This document shows positions 61,963 through 64,000 of a stretch of DNA of 64,000 nt, in pieces (within the stretch, counting starts at the first letter, position 1; the number at the start of each line of letters is the position of its first letter). The DNA is taken from assembly GCA_963528915.1 (NCBI GenBank), contig CAURWV010000003.1, forward strand, positions 24,269-88,268, given 5' to 3'. Source of the DNA: an uncultured Candidatus Saccharibacteria bacterium (GTDB taxonomy: Bacteria > Patescibacteriota > Saccharimonadia > Saccharimonadales > Saccharimonadaceae). The position numbers and the translations under genes are program-made. A model generated the notes under the pieces. It saw nothing but the letters and a program-made list of their open reading frames with translations. It searched no databases and was not told where the DNA came from.

Positions 61963-64000
61963 ATGAGGTGGTGGCGTCACTGGTTTTGGAGGAACTGCCG
62001 ACAATAGGCGAGGCTGGCGGCGAAGGGTTTGATGTATTTTCGTCGTTGAGAGGCGGTTCAGCAAATGGAGATTTTTCAACGGGGATTGATAGTGCGGCAA
62101 CTACCGCTGGCGCGGACGGATCGGCAAACGATTTTGATTTGGTGGCGGTGGCAAATGGCGAAGAAACGCTTGATGCTGCCACAGGAATTGATTCAGAAAA
62201 ATCCGCCAGTGAGACAACGGCTTCTAGGATTTCTGCTGTTTGCACAGGCATGGCGAGCGCAGCCTGCTTGAGTTGTGCGGCGCGTGGCGACTGTTCACTT
62301 TTGCGAATGTGGGGCGCTGCTGGGAGTCGTCAACCCGACCCAGAAAGACAAAGCTATGTGGAGGAATTACTGTCTGATGATAATAATCTGGTGGTAGCTG
62401 GTTATACTGATAGTCGCGAACCTCTGGACTCTGAAGAGGGTTATTCAAGCAAACAGGCGAATAATACAAAAGTAACCGTTAATGCTGAAAATACAACAAG
62501 CGAACCGGAATCATCGTTTAAGGATGATCTTGCTGATGATGGTAATAAAGAATCATCAGTTAAGCCAACGAAGTTTTTCGATAAAGCTGAAAGCGTTGAA
62601 AAATCAAAAAAGCTAGAAGAGCCAGAGCAGTCGCGTATGGAGGCGATTCGCGATGATCCAAAAAAGCAAGCTGATGAAAATAGGCAGCCGCTATCTGTAA
62701 AACATGAAACGCCGGTGCCTGATAATGCTAATCCTGACGATGACATTGTAGAAACAGAAACCTTGGTGTCTGAGGAAAAAAATGTTGTTCAGGAAACGCC
62801 AGTAGCCATTGCTCCTGAAGCAGCGCCGGCTGTTGTTTCTACCGCACCTAAGCCGGGCAAACCAGAGATAGTTTACAGATCGCCTGCTGCTAATCATTCT
62901 CAAGGAAGCCAGCCGGACTTGTCAAAAAATACAAGCACGGGGGTAGAGGATAAAGGTCATGACGTTCTGGCTGCTACTGAACTTGCCGCTGCAGTTGCTG
63001 GAGCATCTACTGAAAACCCCGCGCCAGCTCAAAAAATTTCAGACGATTCAAACGTTATTACACCGACAGAGCGCGAACAAAAGGCGCAATCTCAAAATCT
63101 CGAATCTCTAAAAACCGCGGTCGACGATACGCCAGACGAGCAGGTTGCAGTGACCAGCCTGAATGCGGAAAATAATGCGGGGAGTAACTCCGGCAATCTT
63201 AATCCGTCCGCAGATATACGGCAGAATGATAAATTGGATGCGCTAGATACAGTGGCGGCAACGGGTACGAATACCAATGTCGATACCGATACCGATACCG
63301 ATGGCTCTACCTTATCTCGGGTGGTAGCAGGGCCGGAGAGGTCAGCTGACGTGACATTCGCTACCGATAATCACTCTACATCTCAAGTGAAAGATAAGCC
63401 GCCAATCCTAACCAGTCCATTTTCATCGCCTCATACAAATGACTACGGAAACGAAGCGCCCGTACCTAGCGATTCGCCGCAAAAAAATATCGAGAAAGAA
63501 TCTGCCAGGATTGATAATGGCTCGTTTGTCTCGCCCGCTAAAGTTGGTGATTTAGCTGGCACTATGTCGGCGGCTGAGAAGTCCGCGTCAGCGACGGAGC
63601 AGGGGTTAAACTTGGGGCAAAAACCGGCAACTGACAACGAGCCCAACACTACCGAAATTTCTACCGTAGTTGAACCTGTTAAACTAGCCAAACATTCTGA
63701 AAATATTTCTCCGACAGAGCAATCGACAAACGATGTGTTAAGCACAACGAATAAAGAAGCTACACCTGCAGCGTCTACTCCGGAAAATGATACGCTGCTA
63801 GGAAAACCTGCTACCAGAAAAGCTGATTTTATTCCATTTCAGGATGGTGATACTGATAATACTCAAGTTGCGACTTATTCAGCGGTTGATGTGAAGCTCG
63901 CCGTGGGTAATAAGACTGCGAATCCACAAGAAGCCACTGCTAATTGGGCGAGCGAAGACGAAATATTTGTGGTTAAACAGTCGCCGGAAATGCCATATTT
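61959..64000 (+). CDS. large acidic low-complexity protein, 3'-truncated by the window edge (>680 codons), unknown function
   Basis: Not in the supplied track because there is no stop in the window. I translated the frame from ATG 61959 (ATGA overlap with the FNR-like stop) to nt 64000 and found no stop codon. D/E/S/T/N/P/A-rich. One Cys cluster, CTGMASAACLSCAARGDC, about 100 aa in. Only short antisense shadow ORFs are listed here. Confidence 0.75.
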   Translation, partial: MNEVVASLVLEELPTIGEAGGEGFDVFSSLRGGSANGDFSTGIDSAATTAGADGSANDFDLVAVANGEETLDAATGIDSEKSASETTASRISAVCTGMASAACLSCAARGDCSLLRMWGAAGSRQPDPERQSYVEELLSDDNNLVVAGYTDSREPLDSEEGYSSKQANNTKVTVNAENTTSEPESSFKDDLADDGNKESSVKPTKFFDKAESVEKSKKLEEPEQSRMEAIRDDPKKQADENRQPLSVKHETPVPDNANPDDDIVETETLVSEEKNVVQETPVAIAPEAAPAVVSTAPKPGKPEIVYRSPAANHSQGSQPDLSKNTSTGVEDKGHDVLAATELAAAVAGASTENPAPAQKISDDSNVITPTEREQKAQSQNLESLKTAVDDTPDEQVAVTSLNAENNAGSNSGNLNPSADIRQNDKLDALDTVAATGTNTNVDTDTDTDGSTLSRVVAGPERSADVTFATDNHSTSQVKDKPPILTSPFSSPHTNDYGNEAPVPSDSPQKNIEKESARIDNGSFVSPAKVGDLAGTMSAAEKSASATEQGLNLGQKPATDNEPNTTEISTVVEPVKLAKHSENISPTEQSTNDVLSTTNKEATPAASTPENDTLLGKPATRKADFIPFQDGDTDNTQVATYSAVDVKLAVGNKTANPQEATANWASEDEIFVVKQSPEMPY

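Overview
This window looks like chromosomal DNA from a monoderm-type, small-genome bacterium. The gene content resembles Patescibacteria/Saccharibacteria-like epibionts, but taxonomy cannot be verified without a database search. The standard genetic code applies, since TGA is used as a stop codon. Layout: (i) 1-15310 is a tightly packed plus-strand type IV secretion (T4SS)-like cluster of the Gram-positive kind. It holds two VirB6/TrbL-like polytopic proteins with very large hydrophilic tails, a Tat-type lipoprotein, a PrgI/VirB3-like protein, a VirB4-N-domain-like protein and a VirB4 ATPase. It also holds two cell-wall hydrolase genes carrying three different catalytic modules, and two bitopic proteins. 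No relaxase, coupling protein, integrase or transposase is visible in the window. (ii) 15303-21344 is the replication-origin neighbourhood: recF-dnaN-dnaA (minus), DnaA-box clusters on both sides of dnaA, then rpmH-rnpA-yidC-jag (plus). (iii) lemA and a membrane protein follow. (iv) 23340-55422 is a roughly 32-kb cell-envelope glycan super-locus. It contains rmlA/B/C/D plus a second rmlD, galE, ten Leloir-type glycosyltransferase genes and a TagGH/Wzm-Wzt-like ABC exporter. It also contains a pyruvyl transferase, a Wzx-like flippase, a Wzy_C-family protein, a WbaP-like initiating transferase, a GtrA/GtrB-like pair and two DUF2142 GT-C-like proteins. A sucCD pair is embedded in one of its operons. 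(v) The right end holds a LexA-DNA-binding-domain-only protein next to a membrane-anchored beta-lactamase-fold protein, tRNA-Asn, and a small basic protein. It then holds an nrdD-nrdG-FNR-like operon preceded by tandem NrdR boxes, and a >680-codon acidic low-complexity ORF that runs off the right edge and is absent from the supplied ORF track. The best candidates for something new are the relaxase-less, origin-proximal T4SS-like machine with its wall-breaching enzymes, sucCD inside a glycan operon, and the nrdDG-FNR-giant acidic ORF unit. All family assignments come from motifs read by eye and need HMM or structure confirmation.
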